DNA of 56,731 nt, filler included, from Jimgerdemannia flammicorona (lineage: Eukaryota): NCBI GenBank assembly GCA_003990765.1. It is 3 parts of 3 records of this genome, joined end to end, with 100 filler letters (N's around TTAATTAATTAA, not from the genome) between each part and the next. Parts side by side here need not be neighbours in the genome. Positions count along the whole stretch, not along the records: positions 18,946 to 37,790 come from RBNJ01002093.1; 2 more parts are not named here. One strand, written 5' to 3'. Made by a program: the position numbers and the translations under genes. A model generated the notes under the pieces. The model was not told where the DNA came from. It saw only the letters and a program-made list of their open reading frames with translations, and searched no databases. Numbering within the stretch: the stretch's first letter is position 1; every line of letters starts with the position of its first letter. Shown one piece after another: positions 25,235-37,890 of the stretch.

Positions 25235-27313
25235 TGTAAGAGGGTTACTTTTTAGGGTGACTGTTACATAGTTCTGGAAGGGTTTTCTGGAAGTTCTGGA
25301 TATTCTGGAAGACTGTTTTCTTATGGTCAGGATCAATTTCATATGGAGTATGTCCTCTATGCTTATTGATTTCAAGATTGGATTGACGTCTCAACCAAAG
25401 TCCTTTTCTGGACTAGTTCTGGATGTTCAGAATTTTCCATATTTCAGGAGGTTCAAGAAACTAAGACCAGCTTAGTTGAATTGGCGTATCGCTGCAGACA
25501 ACACCCAATTAGGAAATTTCGTGACGGGGTTAGGAGTAGGACCTAACAGGGAGCGGATTTACTTAAGAGTGGTTTGTGGGTTATGGAATAGGTTTATTTG
25601 CTATTCATGATATTGCTATACTAGGAGTATTTGTATGAAGAAATATTGTGGGGAAGTGCTCAGGAGTTGTGTTTGGATTGTTCAAGTCTGTTCAAGTCTG
25701 AGATTCTGAGGTCTGGGGGAGGGGGTATTTATACTAGTGAGGGGCTATCTGGACTATGCTAGATATGGATGTAGCACTAAGTGCCTTGCAGAGTCGGAAT
25801 GTAGTCACGTAGTACAAGTGTGATCTGACATGTCAAGAGATTGTCTGACTGCTGAGTCAGTTCACAGTCATGTCGTACAAGGCTAATCTATCTATACTAT
25901 GACTGCTAGGCTATTTATAGATTTAGGCACTATCTGGGTAGTCTTCGATGATATCACCATCGATTGCATCATCTCTGATAAAGTAGTTGTCTAGGAATAA
26001 TGGTTCACGGATTACTTCTCCTTGTTCGCTGAGGTAATAATACATTGGAACTTCATTTCCATCCCACAGGATAGCATCATCTGTTTTGTATGCTGGATAA
26101 GGTGTTGGTGGGCGAAGGATGGGTATATTGTCTTCGCTTTCATCAGATTCACTGTCTGCATACCTTCTATAGGTTACGGCACTATGAGTTGTAGGGTTAT
26201 AGTATGCTGGCGGCTGTGGTTCATGTTGCTCGTACTCAGATGGTGGAGTTGTTGGTTCGATCTCGAGAGTTGTCTGGAGGTACAGGTTGTGTTCTCCGGT
26301 CTCTTCATTATAATTGAAGTAATTGGGGGTGAATGTAGGTTGGTATTCGTGCCAGTGGTCATTGTCCTAATAAGTTTCATAGGTGGTTATGAACTGTTGT
26401 AGGTTCATTGGCAAGGTTGGCAGAGTGATCAGGGTTGGCAGAGATCCTTGGCTAGAGGTCATGTTGGCATCAGAGGGATTATTGTCTTCTGCTTCATCTT
26501 TGTCGAAGTGGATTATATCGTAGATGTCCTTTATGGCGTATCCAACTTGAGGCATTTGCAGGATATGGTCATCAGGGTGCGGGAAGGTTCTGTCTGTGGT
26601 TTTGACATACTCGAGGTACTTGTGGTTGAGTTCTTGTATCATGTCATCGATTTGACCATAGGACAGGGTAGCAACCATTTCGCTGGTAGTAACTCAGAGG
26701 CGGGGAATAAAGGTGTTGTACTCATAAAAGAGTTCTCGATGTTTGCGGGCGATGAGCTTCTGGTGTTGAGACATCTGGGTAATATCTGTATTATGGTGGT
26801 GTTCGACCATGTCTTCTAGGAGGCAGCTGATCTGGTAGTAGCTTGAGATTTGTCCGATTCGGTGAGCCTTGCTAAGCATGTTCAGGGCATTCCATCAGGC
26901 TTCCACGAAGTAGAGGGGTGCCAGGCTATGGATATTCATGAGGGGCAGAGGGGGTGTGGCTCGGTTGACAATGGCATTCCAAATGTCAGTGCGGATGTGG
27001 TTGTAGATCTCAGTGGTCATCTTTGTGTGTTTGGAAGTTGTGGTTGTTGTTTGTTTTGGTTCTCTGTTTCGACGCATCTCAGTGCTTAGTATATGTATAT
27101 GCATTTGGTCCTGATTGGTAAGGTTCTGTTTGTGTAGATCTTGTGTTCCGTGACTTTGTATTGACTCAGCTTTGTATGCTGTGACTTCGGTTTGACTCAG
27201 CTTCGTGATTAAGCAGGTAATTTCCAGATTTGTTTGGAGGTCACGTGTGATTTCAGTAGCTTTGTTCAGAGGGTGACGTGTAATTTTGGTGGCTTGGAGG
27301 TTGTGCGCTTACA
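25235..27313 (-). repeat. Solo LTR, family B, U3 variant 1 (2079 bp)
   Basis: TGTAAG...CTTACA termini and perfect 5-bp TSD ATGTC (25230-25234 / 27314-27318). Minus-strand TATAAATA at 25726-25733 and AATAAA at 25594-25599. Confidence 0.95.
25923..27020 (-). pseudogene. 365-codon ORF of unknown function inside LTR U3
   Basis: Single frame MTTEIYNHIRTDIWNAIV...GDIIEDYPDSA* with only 3 internal stops (TGA 26895, TGA 26694, TAG 26367). It joins three separately listed ORFs. Confidence 0.8.
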
Positions 27314-29649
27314 ATGTCTGTCTTGTATAAGTACTGCTCCAAGAGCTAGATCAGAGACATCAGTGGTAACTTTGTATAGAAGAGCAGAGTTTGCTACTTG
27401 AAGTACTGAAGTAGTTATCAAGGTATCCTTTAGATCTTAAAAGACTGTATCTTGTTCAGGTCCCCAATTTACAAGATTGTTGAAGTCTTTTTCTTGCATT
27501 ATAGTCCAAGGCTGTTCTTCTTTTTTACTATACTTGGTCATTTGAGTGAGGATAGTAGTGATCTTAGTGAAGTTTACAACAAATTGTTGATAATAGTTTG
27601 CTAGTCTCAGGAATGACTAAAGGTCTTTTAGCTTCTTGGGTCTGGGCTAATTCTTGATTACAGAGATTTTGCTAGAGTCTACTTTTATTCTATTAGGAGT
27701 GACAATGTGTTTAAGAAATTGAATTTCCTTCAGAAGAAATTCACATTTGCTGAGTTTTGCAAAGAGTCAGTTTCTCAAAGCTTCAGTAGTATTAGTTCAA
27801 GATGTTTGAGATATTCTTCTAGAGTTTTGCTGAAGACTAGGATATCATCAATATAGACAACAACAAATTTGTCTAGGTATAGGTATAGAATAGTATTCAT
27901 CAGTGTCTGGAAGATTGCAGAAGCATTAGTTAAGCCAAAAGACATAATCAGAAACTTAAAATATCTATAGCAGGTTTTGAAGGTAGTTTTATAGATATCT
28001 TCTCCCTTTATAGTAATTTGCCAATAGCTATTTTATAGGTCAAAAGAGCTCATAAATTGTGGGTTAGTAAGTCTATCAAATATTTTATCAATTTGAGATA
28101 GTGAACAATAGTTCTTGATGGTCTATTCATTGAGGTCTTGGTAGTCAATATATATTTACAGGTCTTCTCCTTTCTTGACAACAAAGAGGACTGATACACC
28201 ATATGATATATTAGATCTAATGAATCCTTATTTTAGGAGTTCATTGATTTCTTTCTTGAGTGCAGGATTAGTATCTGGGATAGTCTTGATAGTATAGTCT
28301 ACTACTCCTTTAGATGGTAGGCCTTTTGGAGAATATGTCTCAGAATTTCTAGAGTAATGGTCTGTCAACTTTGGAAAAGTCTTCTTTGAGGTTTTCAGGT
28401 TCTCCTTTTGATGGGTAGATAGAGATAGCAAAGAGAGGCATTTCTTGGCCAATTTCTTGAGTTATAGCTTATTGATATGGGTGATCTTTGGACCAGGGTC
28501 ACTAGAACTGAGTGGGTCTTTTTCATCTTACAGTTTGAAATTGTGACATTCTTTCTTAATGATCAGAGAATGGTTTACCCAGTCAGTCATAGAGTTCTCT
28601 TATTTTAACTATAGAGTCTCCAGGATAATTTCATTATCAGGAAGTAGTATAATCTGGAGTATAATATATACTTAGTAGTTACCAATTCAGAAGAGTAGAT
28701 TATAGACTTCCTTGCTAATGATATGGGAGGTTCTATTAGCTATAATAATTGCTTGAGTCTGTTATATCAGAGAGGTCAGGACTTTGAGTCTGTTGGCTAT
28801 TTTTTCATTGATGAAGTTGTCTGAGATACTACTGTCTTAATAGATACTTAGTTGATAAAAGCTTAGAGTATAAGCAGTTTGTCTGATCCAATAGTGGTAA
28901 TTTTGATTATAGGAGTTTTCCTTCTGTTGGTTCTCCTTTGGGTCAGTTCATTGATATAAAAGAAGTAATTTTTGATTATTCAGGAAGAGTACATTTAAAT
29001 GTCATAGGGGTATTAGCTACTTGGTATAAATCCATCTTCAATTTTTTATAAAATTGTTCTTCCTTATTTATAGTAAGTTGGACTGGGGCCTTGTTTGATA
29101 AGTCAAATCCTCTGAATCCTTAGATGGTAGATAGTAGTTCAGGGACTTCCTTGACTATCAGAGTTGATTCAATTTTCTTGAATAGGATCTGAGTGATATA
29201 GAAACTGATGGGGATCTTAAAGGGTATCTAACTATGATTTTAAATAAGGACAATGATTTTGTCTATATAATTCTCATCAATGACTCCTCTTTTTACTAAG
29301 AGTCCTTTCAATGCTAGGCTGCTGCAACAGTATATTCTTAGATACTAATCCCTATATAGACTTACTTAACTTCTCAGTTGGAGACTATCTTCTGCTCTAT
29401 TTGCCAATAATGTCTCTCAATGGTCTACTTATCAGACATATAATAGTATTCTATTCAATAGATTACCTATAAAGGATCCTGGGTACAATAGAAAAGATTA
29501 CTCTTATATACATGTCTGCTCCCATTACAGTAGTAATTATCTATATTATTGATACTCCTATAACCCATCACCTTGCCCCTAGAAACATATCCCTACATAT
29601 TCTATATATATACCCCTAGCTGCTCCAAATACTCTACTCCATCACCTAT

Positions 29650-31311
29650 TTACTACCTCTCTTAATGATGCTACTCAAGACATTCTACATTAGTTTCCTC
29701 TCTCCTCTTCTGCTCTTTGTCCTCTCACATAGACATATGAGCTCTAGTTGTATCCTGATCTGTTGGTAGCTCAGACTGCCATCACTGCCATTACTCAAGA
29801 TACTCTTCTCAGCTTTGATAGGCCTCATTGGTGCTTGCTGTCCTATAATCATTACTCTACTCTTGACCATCTAGAGGTAATCATATCTGATATCAAGCAG
29901 GAGATAGCTGCTGGCAGGATTTGTGGTCTGTTTTCATCTCCTCTATTTGAGTGCTTCTACTTATCTCCTCTTGGCATCATTGCAAAAAAGAATTTAAGTA
30001 GTGCATGGTATCATATTTATGACCTCTCTTGGCCTCATTACAGTAATTCCATTAATTTCAGTATTGATATTGATATCTTTTGGCTTTCTTATATTAAGTT
30101 CAATAAGACTTTGGACTTGGTTTACTACTTTAGCTGAAGCTGTCTTTTATTGAAAGTTGATCTTGCTGATACATATCATCATATTTTTATCTATCCTACA
30201 GATTGGGAATTACTGGGCTTTGAATGGTCCAGTTAGTTTTGCTTTGATTGGTTTGCACCTTTTGATACATTTTCATCACCATTCCTTTTCAACCAACCTT
30301 TTTGTAGAACTTCTCATATAGATTGCCCATCATTATGACATAAGCATGCTCATTCACTATATTAATGACTTTCTCCTCATCTCACCACCATCTCTTTCAT
30401 CCACCCTTACTAATTTACATTTGCTTCTTACCATCTGATGCTATCTTAATTAGTCAATTTAGAAGCATAAGATCAAGGGCCCAATAACCTTACTCATTTT
30501 CTTGGACATTAAACTAGATACAATGGCTATAGAAGTCCATCTTCCTCTAAGCAAGCTTGACATACTGCTTGCAATTCTTTAGCAGTGGTTATTATGTATA
30601 CTATACATACACCCTCAACTGCAATCTCTTATCAGCTCCTTGATATTTGCTTGTAAAATTATTCCACCTGGCTGCTCATTTCTCTGGTAGTTTATTAACC
30701 TCCTTTCTGGCAATATCTTATTCTACATCCTACTTAATGAGGAGTTCTATACAGAAATTCAATGGTGGCTTGAATTTCTACTCTACTGGAATGATATTTT
30801 CATTATATATTCAGTTGTATAGTTCTATGAACCTGATGCACATTTGTAGATAGATGCTAGTAATGCCTAAGGCTTTGGTGTACATTTTAATAGTAAATGG
30901 TTTTCTGCTTCTTGGTCTTCTGATATAGCCTTGCATAATATTCAGTTTAAGAAACTCTATGTTATAGTTGCTGCTACTGCTACTTGGGGCATTTAATGGA
31001 ATTTTTACCATATATTGCTTCATACTAATAACCAGGCAGTCATCACTATTATTAACTCAGGCTCTTCATGCTACCCTCTTCTGCTTGAACTCCTCTGCCA
31101 GCTCTATTTTCTGATAGCACACTACACTTTTCAACTTCATACTATATTTATCTCAATATCTGATAATGGTATCACTGATACTTTATTCTATGCTGATCTT
31201 TCTCATTTCTATCATCTTACCCTCTATGCTCAGATATACCCAAGTATGATTGGTATCATTTGTATTCTGCACTTCCACCCATCATTGCTTTCTTTTTGTA
31301 TTTCAGACTGA
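29650..31311 (+). pseudogene. DIRS/Ngaro RT-RNase H
   Basis: EIAAGRICG..SPLGIIAKK..IYDLSWP..NSIN, KVDLADTY, HYINDF (decayed YLDD), DAS..GFG, HTNNQAV..INSGSS. Confidence 0.85.
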
Positions 31312-31319
31312 TAAAAACA

Positions 31320-32265
31320 ATACAATGCCCATATTCTTTGGAATAATGTAGTTTTCTCTAATTCTGTACTCTCTATTATAGTAATCACACCTCTGGTGGT
31401 CCCCTGCCCACATCCAAACTAGTATTAATGTAGGGGGTCTGTAGCTTGGCATTGTGATGGCTTCAACCAACTACAATCAAATATTACCTCTTGGCCATTC
31501 AGTCTCTTCATATCAACTCTGGCTTTGCTGATCTATTCATCAGTCTTTACTAACTTCTCTAAGTAATATGTTGTGTAAAGCAGTGGCTAAGTATTTACTC
31601 AGCTTGACCTTAGCTTTCTATCATGCTTGATATACTTTGCCAACTTAGCAGTTTGCTTTGGTTATCCAATTATAATAATCTGCATCTCATGACCACAATG
31701 TTACTTATATATGTTGAGTTTCTTTGGTCTGACAAATTTATGTAAGATGGTTTCTTTAATCTTGTCTCTCAGTTGTCCTGTAGTAATGTGGTCTTTCAAC
31801 CTAACATTGTAGACCTCATCCATATTATGCTCACTCTACTGGCCTCTAAAACAGATCTGTTCTGCTAAGATATATTGCTTTTTATTGCCAAAATGGACCC
31901 TGCTGCACTATATATCATATCTTTACTCTATCTTCTCTATCTAGCATACTCAGCCTCACCCAACATCCCTCTGTTCTGGTATTCCATGAATTGATTATTC
32001 TCTTGAGTCTATCTCATTAGTTACCTTCATGTATTGCTTCCATAGATTGATTTGAATCCATGACTTTATGCCACACATAGCTTTCAGATTAGTGTAAAAT
32101 CTGATATTACTGTAGCTGGTTTATCTAACTACAAGATTCAGATATTGGGTCAGTGAGATAGCATATTATTTAAAGACTATATTCATATACTCATCTCTCA
32201 TATTCTACATCTCCAGGCTTTGTTAACTCATAATGTTTATCTTGCTACTTATATTACTAGTGTTT
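31320..32265 (+). pseudogene. Tyrosine recombinase of the Ngaro element
   Basis: TIKYYL, SKTD and HSFQIS..AG....IQILGQ*DS..FKDYI, a decayed form of HSFRIG...GRW.S..Y..YI. Confidence 0.8.
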
Positions 32266-32289
32266 AACATTATTCTCCCCTCTCTTCTC

Positions 32290-32715
32290 CCATATAATCT
32301 GTGACACTAGCTTACTTCAGATCCTGCATAGTGTGTAATACCAGCTTTTACTTTCCCTCATTCATCTTACATCACTATATGGTTCACATCACCAGCCCTT
32401 CATTCACTATATTAGCTTTTTTGCCACTATATAGCTCATGATACCAGCCTCCTTTCTATCACTGTGTGGCTCACAACACCACCCTCTTTTCTATTATCAC
32501 ATGGCTTACAACACCAGCCCACTTGGACCTCTATACAGCTTATAACATCAGCCTACTCATACTTTGTATAACTCACAACATTAATTTTTTCTTTATTGCT
32601 TCACTTGCCAGGCCTTCTTGGGCTTTTGCATAGCTTGCAACACCTGTCTTTGGTCCTAACTATATGGCCCATGATACCAGCCATATTCTGACTTTAGGTA
32701 TGGCTTATTTTATTA
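32290..32715 (+). repeat. Degenerate array of ~10 units of a ~25-nt motif, spacing mostly 33-35 nt
   Basis: Units such as CACTATATAGCTCATGATACCAGCC (32425), CACTGTGTGGCTCACAACACCACCC (32460), TATCACATGGCTTACAACACCAGCC (32495) and AACTATATGGCCCATGATACCAGCC (32658). Confidence 0.75.
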
Positions 32716-33670
32716 ATCTATTAGTACCTCCCACCTCCTACTCTGCTTATATTACATACCCATAACCCTCTTTACCTTATTTGGACTGAAATTCATTACT
32801 CTACCAACCATCTTACTGTTATGTATCATTATTCTGCACATTACTACACTTATCATTTAAGCTGGTTTTTCTTTTTATATCATGTATTTTACCCAAATAT
32901 AAAACAATGATCATTTATTTAATGTTTCTCAGATTCCAGGCTTGTTATATAGTCATTTATGGGTTGGTAATAAGGTTATCAGTATATCTTTTTCTTGTCA
33001 CATAGCTTGACATTACATGGGTATAGTATAGTTAATATTACATAGCTATTACTCTACCTTTGTAGTATAGATTGTCATTACAGCAAAATATTAAATAAGT
33101 GGGCTTATTCAAGACCACAGATCAATAAATACAGGAATATCTTGGGCATCTAATGCCCAGAAATGTTTTAATGCTGATGTTTTATTTAAGAAATATATAA
33201 ATCAGACATAGGTTATCTTTTATAGTATTAGTATAGTGTATACATTAATTCTACATATAATCCATCATTTATTCCACTCAATACTTCATATATACTTTAT
33301 ACTTCATACATATATACTTTATATTTATATAATGTGCTTCCATATATTCATACTTATATTCTACACTTCTATATATTTATATATATTTTCATTATTACCC
33401 ACCTCTCTCTACATATATATACACTTAGTGGCTGGACCAGTTTTTCTTTTTATACTGTAAATTTCACCCAAATACAAAACAATAATTATTTATTTGATAT
33501 TTCTCAGATTTCAGACTTGTTATATAGTAATTTATAGGTTGACAATGAGGTTATTGGTATATCCATCATCTCTCTCTACTATCAATCACATAATACAAAC
33601 TTTGAAACACACTTTTGAACTATTTATTCTAAGGTTATGGCAATTAATAAGTAAGCTGATATGTATCTTA

Positions 33671-36600
33671 GATTGAGTGAACCTAGAGCCTTTGACTGGC
33701 AACATATTAGATAAGAGTATAGACTAGAGATGGGGTCTTTCAGTAGTCCAAGTGGGTATGACAGTTCAGGCAGTGGTAGTAGTACTAGAGGAGGGGTGGG
33801 AGAGCAGAGAGAGAGGAGCTTTGCTGATATGCTGAAGACTGGAAAATGGCCTGTCAGAGCTTGTGGCAGGTAGATAAAGGAGAAGGAAAAACAGAGGAAA
33901 GGGGAGGCAGGAGGTGCAGCTCCTCTACTGGTGGGGAGAAGGGCTGGTGGAGTAAATACTAGAAGTAAGAGAGAGACTGCTGATGGTGGCATAATTGGAA
34001 ATCTGGAAAAAAATCCAGATGTGATTGCTGATAGCAGAGCTGAGCTGTTGGAACCAAAGAGGAAGGGAGACCTGGCTGATGGTGTGATAGGGCTGACAGT
34101 AGTACTATTGCTTAAGAAGTTGATCTTAGAGTTTATTGTAACTTTGTGTTTCCAGGACTTGGTGGTGACAGTGAGAATAGTTCTGGACCTTATCTCTAAG
34201 TAGGTGGCTGGGGCTGTCTCAGTAAAGTTCCTGAAGGATCTAGAGGGGGTTGAGATAGGCTTTGAGAAGGCAGGCCTAATAGAAGAAGTGCTGAAGACAG
34301 AAGTAGCTATAGGGGAAGTAGTGGTCCCTATAGTATACTTTCTGAGGTAGGACTCCAGAGTGGTTCAGCTAGGGTGCCTACTATAACAAAGGTTGAAACT
34401 AGGAGGAAGGTTGAGGAGGTGATGGCAGAGTATGGTGATGTGGTTAATATCAGGTTCCAGATATAGGAGGGGACCACCTACAGGATAGGGGATATTGATG
34501 TTAGGATTAGACTAGCTGGAAGAGAGGCCACTGAGAAGATAAGTGACTGATCTTCAATACTGATGTGGGGGGCCTTCATCTGTAAGATGTTGAGGGTAAA
34601 GGAGAGTGAGAAGGAGGAGGATCTGTTGGAGGCTCTGGAAGAGATAAGTGGAGTAGTTGAGCAGAGGGCAAAGGCCTGGAAGATGTATATAGAGTTGATA
34701 TATTTGGAGATTGTAGATGGGAAACATCTCTGTACTGACAAGAGGCAGTGGGAGAGGGCTCAGGAGTATAAGAGGCAGAGAGAGTTATTGATAAGCCTGG
34801 AAGGAAGGGCAAAAAAGAATGTGGGTAATGTTGAAGAGTCTGGGGGTACCAAAGTGAGTATCTGGGCCAGTAAGAGGAGAGGGGATGTCAAGGAGGGTTA
34901 GGATAGAGCTGGAAAGCCACTGTACAATGACCCATATGCAGATGGTATATTTGAAGTCTGGGAACAGGACTTGGATAGTACTTTCTCTCTTGTCAGACAA
35001 GGTCCTGCTGTGAGGAGCTAGGTGGTGGAGGATGTGCTGATGCATAGCACCTAGTGGATATATTTTGGAGTTCGGAATATAGCAAAAGCAGGTCAGATGG
35101 TGGCAGTTGATGAGGATGAGCTGGTGGATGTGATGGAGGAGAAGAGGGATAAGACTGTGAGTATAGGAGCAGATATCATGATATTGAGTACAGGAAGACC
35201 AGCATCTTCAGGAGGGAAGGAGGTGGGAAACCTACTATGGATGAGCCAGATAATGAACAATTTCGCAGCTGAAGAGTTGAGAGAAGTAGACCTGAGGGTA
35301 ATGAGTGAGAAGCATTGAGCATGGATTCTACATAGTGATGGGGTGGTAGAGGCACTGAAGGCAGAGGTACTTGCAATTTTCCTAAAGAAGGAGGAATATG
35401 AGATTGATAAGGAGAGAGAGGCCAAGCTGGTGATTATTGCTAGTGAGCAGGCTGTATACTGTTGGGCAGAGTATCATAGATTGCAACTCTGATAGGAGAC
35501 CTGTCTGAAGTATCAAGAGGAGTTCAAGGAGAAGGAGGATAGAGAGATAGCTGAACTTCTGATTGGATTGGAGGTGAAGATGGCTGCAGAGGGGGAAGTG
35601 GCTGCTGTATATAACTTGGATATGGCAAGGGAGGGGATGAATATGGATTTATAGAGAATGAGCAGTACTTCTAAAAATTATTCCCAATAAACAGTACAAC
35701 TAACATTTTTTCTCTGAATGTAAATGGGTTATGGGGCTCTGGGCAGTATAAGATCATTTTCACTTGGCTTAAGGGATTGGAGGCTGATCTCTTTCTACTG
35801 CAGGATGTATGTTGCAAGGATGATATAGATCAAGTGGAGTAGACTAGAGAATGGGGAGGAGCTATAGCTTGAATGGGCAAAGTAGTGGTTTTGATACAGA
35901 GTGGTAAGGAGATTTGAGTGGAATCAGAAGCTTGGGAGACCATTTGGTATGGGGGGAATGGCATTGACCAGAGTGAGAACTGAGAGTTGGTACTTGCTAC
36001 TACCCTGCAGCTAGGGGTGAGCAGATTGTATGGATTAAGGATCTCTTAGAGGAGGGTACATTCTTGGAGAAGGGGGTGGATATTCTGAGGAGTGACTTCA
36101 ATATAGTGTAGGATCTTCAGTTAGATAGAACTGATGGAGGGAGGAGTACTGGTGGAAGAAGTGGTGGTCTGGATGCTTGGGAGGAGATGGAGAACCTTAG
36201 CTCCTTGAGAGATATGAGCAGAATATAGTGGAGAGAAAAGAGGATTTACATATACTGGGTGAATAGACTAGGTACAATAATTGACTGGATACTGATGGCC
36301 GAATGCTGGGGCTTAGATGTTTGGAGAACTCTGAAGGTAGAGTAGTGCCCATGGTCAGATCACTGGGGATTATTAGGGTAGGGGCAGTTTGGAGGAAGTG
36401 GAGATAGATCTGGACATTAGTGCCTTAACTTCTCTCTGTAGGCTGAGAAGGTATTGTGGGACCCTTGGGCAGAGGACATTCAGGGGAAGATCACTAGCTA
36501 AATACATGAGGGTTTGCCAGTGGATGTCTGGTGGATGAAGTTGAAAGAGGTTGTGAGAGTTTACTGGAGAGAAGCTGGTAGGGTTGCTGGGTAGCAGAGA

Positions 36601-37500
36601 AGAAAGCAAGTGAGGTGTGCTTTCAATAAGTTGGTCAGATTGCAGATGGAATAGGCTGATTTGATAAATTCTAGAGAGATAGATGATTAGAGGTTAGTGC
36701 AGGCTAAGCTGGAAGTAGTAGAGTTACAACAGGTATTGAGAGGAGGAGGAGATGCAGATGAAAGGAATAATAGCTAGAGGCTTGAGGAGGGAGAGAGGCC
36801 CACTAGATATTTGTCAAGGTTCCTCCAGGCTAGAAGGGTGTGACATCAATGAGATAGAGTTCTTAATATAGAGGGGGAAATAGTTCATAGTACACAACAG
36901 ATCTTGGGGTTACTAAAGGAGCAGTGGAGGAGTCTGTAGAGTAAGGAGTACTGATGTAGAGACAATTGGAGATACTCTGGAGACTTGGGAGCCACTGCAA
37001 GTGGAGGACCTGGGGAACTTGATTCTATCAGTTTAAGAGAAGGAGATCCAGAGAGTCCTTGTGGTAACTAAGCTTGGAATAGTACTAGGAGAGGATGGAC
37101 TATCTTGGAACTTTTGAAAGAAGATAGCAAGAGTCCTGAAAGTATTAGGAGAGATGGCAGCCCTCTGTAATATTGTTCTTCTGAATGGCCAGTGAGTGGG
37201 AGGGCAGGACCTAGGGCTGGTGACCCTGTTGTATAAGGATAAGAAGAGGAGAGAGGATTGGAAGAACTGGAGACTGATCATGCTTCTGAATATAGACAGG
37301 AAGATAGTTACTAAAGTGATTGTAGCAAGATTATAGAAGGTTGCCCAACAGGTATTGAGTGAGGAGCAGCAGGGTTTTATTAGAGATAGACTTATCAAAG
37401 ATAGGATGGCCTGGGTCCATGGTGTCATTGAAGGGGCACAGACTAGTAGATTGGATGGGAGACTGGTCTTTTTGGACCAAGAGAAGGCCTACAACTAGAT
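33671..37500 (+). mobile_element. Degenerate L1/Tx1-type LINE copy 2 (ORF1 33730-35654; ORF2 from 35658, broken within RT)
   Basis: Colinear with copy 1. FSLNVNGL..DLFLLQD, SDH, WRLIMLLNIDRK, FLDQEKAY. Confidence 0.9.
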
Positions 37501-37790
37501 CTGGTAAGTATGATTGAGCAATGACTGATATGATGAGAAGGATTGATAGAGGATACTTTGATGGATTGGTAGCATGAGTGGGGTCTGCAGAGTGGTCAGC
37601 AGTATTACTTGGTGAAAAGGATATGTAGACAGAGTAGAGAGAGAGTTGGGGTCATAAGAGATAGGGTGATTTTCAAGCATAAAGAGGTGGAGAGGTGGGG
37701 AGTCTCCCTATGGAGATTGGGTAGTGGGAGGAGATATTGTATACTTATTCATAGACTGGTAATAAAGACGGAGTCCAAGGGACTATAAAA
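37501..37790 (+). mobile_element. 3' end of another LINE-type element abutting copy 2
   Basis: Not colinear with copy 1 RT. Ends AATAAAGACGGAGTCCAAGGGACTATAAAA at the contig edge. Confidence 0.55.
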
Positions 37791-37890
37791 NNNNNNNNNN
37801 NNNNNNNNNNNNNNNNNNNNNNNNNNNNNNNNNNTTAATTAATTAANNNNNNNNNNNNNNNNNNNNNNNNNNNNNNNNNNNNNNNNNNNN
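37791..37890. other. Artificial contig spacer
   Basis: 44 N + TTAATTAATTAA + 44 N. Confidence 0.97.

Larger units (their letters stand above)
24730..29385 (-). mobile_element. pol: Family B pol fragment: dUTPase-protease-RT-RNase H, interrupted by a solo LTR
   Basis: dUTPase ~29090-29380 and protease ~28560-28880 match 49150-50000. RT has FGLTNA and VVVYIDDILVFS (~27835-27945). RNase H (ILAIV..TDYKSL..ARW..PGKEN) is split by 25235-27313. Confidence 0.9.
29390..33565 (+). mobile_element. Degenerate DIRS/Ngaro-type tyrosine-recombinase retrotransposon (5' part missing)
   Basis: RT, RNase H and YR in order. A ~125-bp direct repeat at 32865-32990 and 33441-33565 fits Ngaro split direct repeats. 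Confidence 0.8.

Noticed and set aside
32290..32715. CRISPR array
   Set aside because: Eukaryotic context, no cas genes, degenerate repeats and spacers of only ~10 nt.
33236..33537. Hydrophobic Tyr/Ile/His-rich ORFs
   Set aside because: Low-complexity AT-rich sequence inside the Ngaro terminal region.
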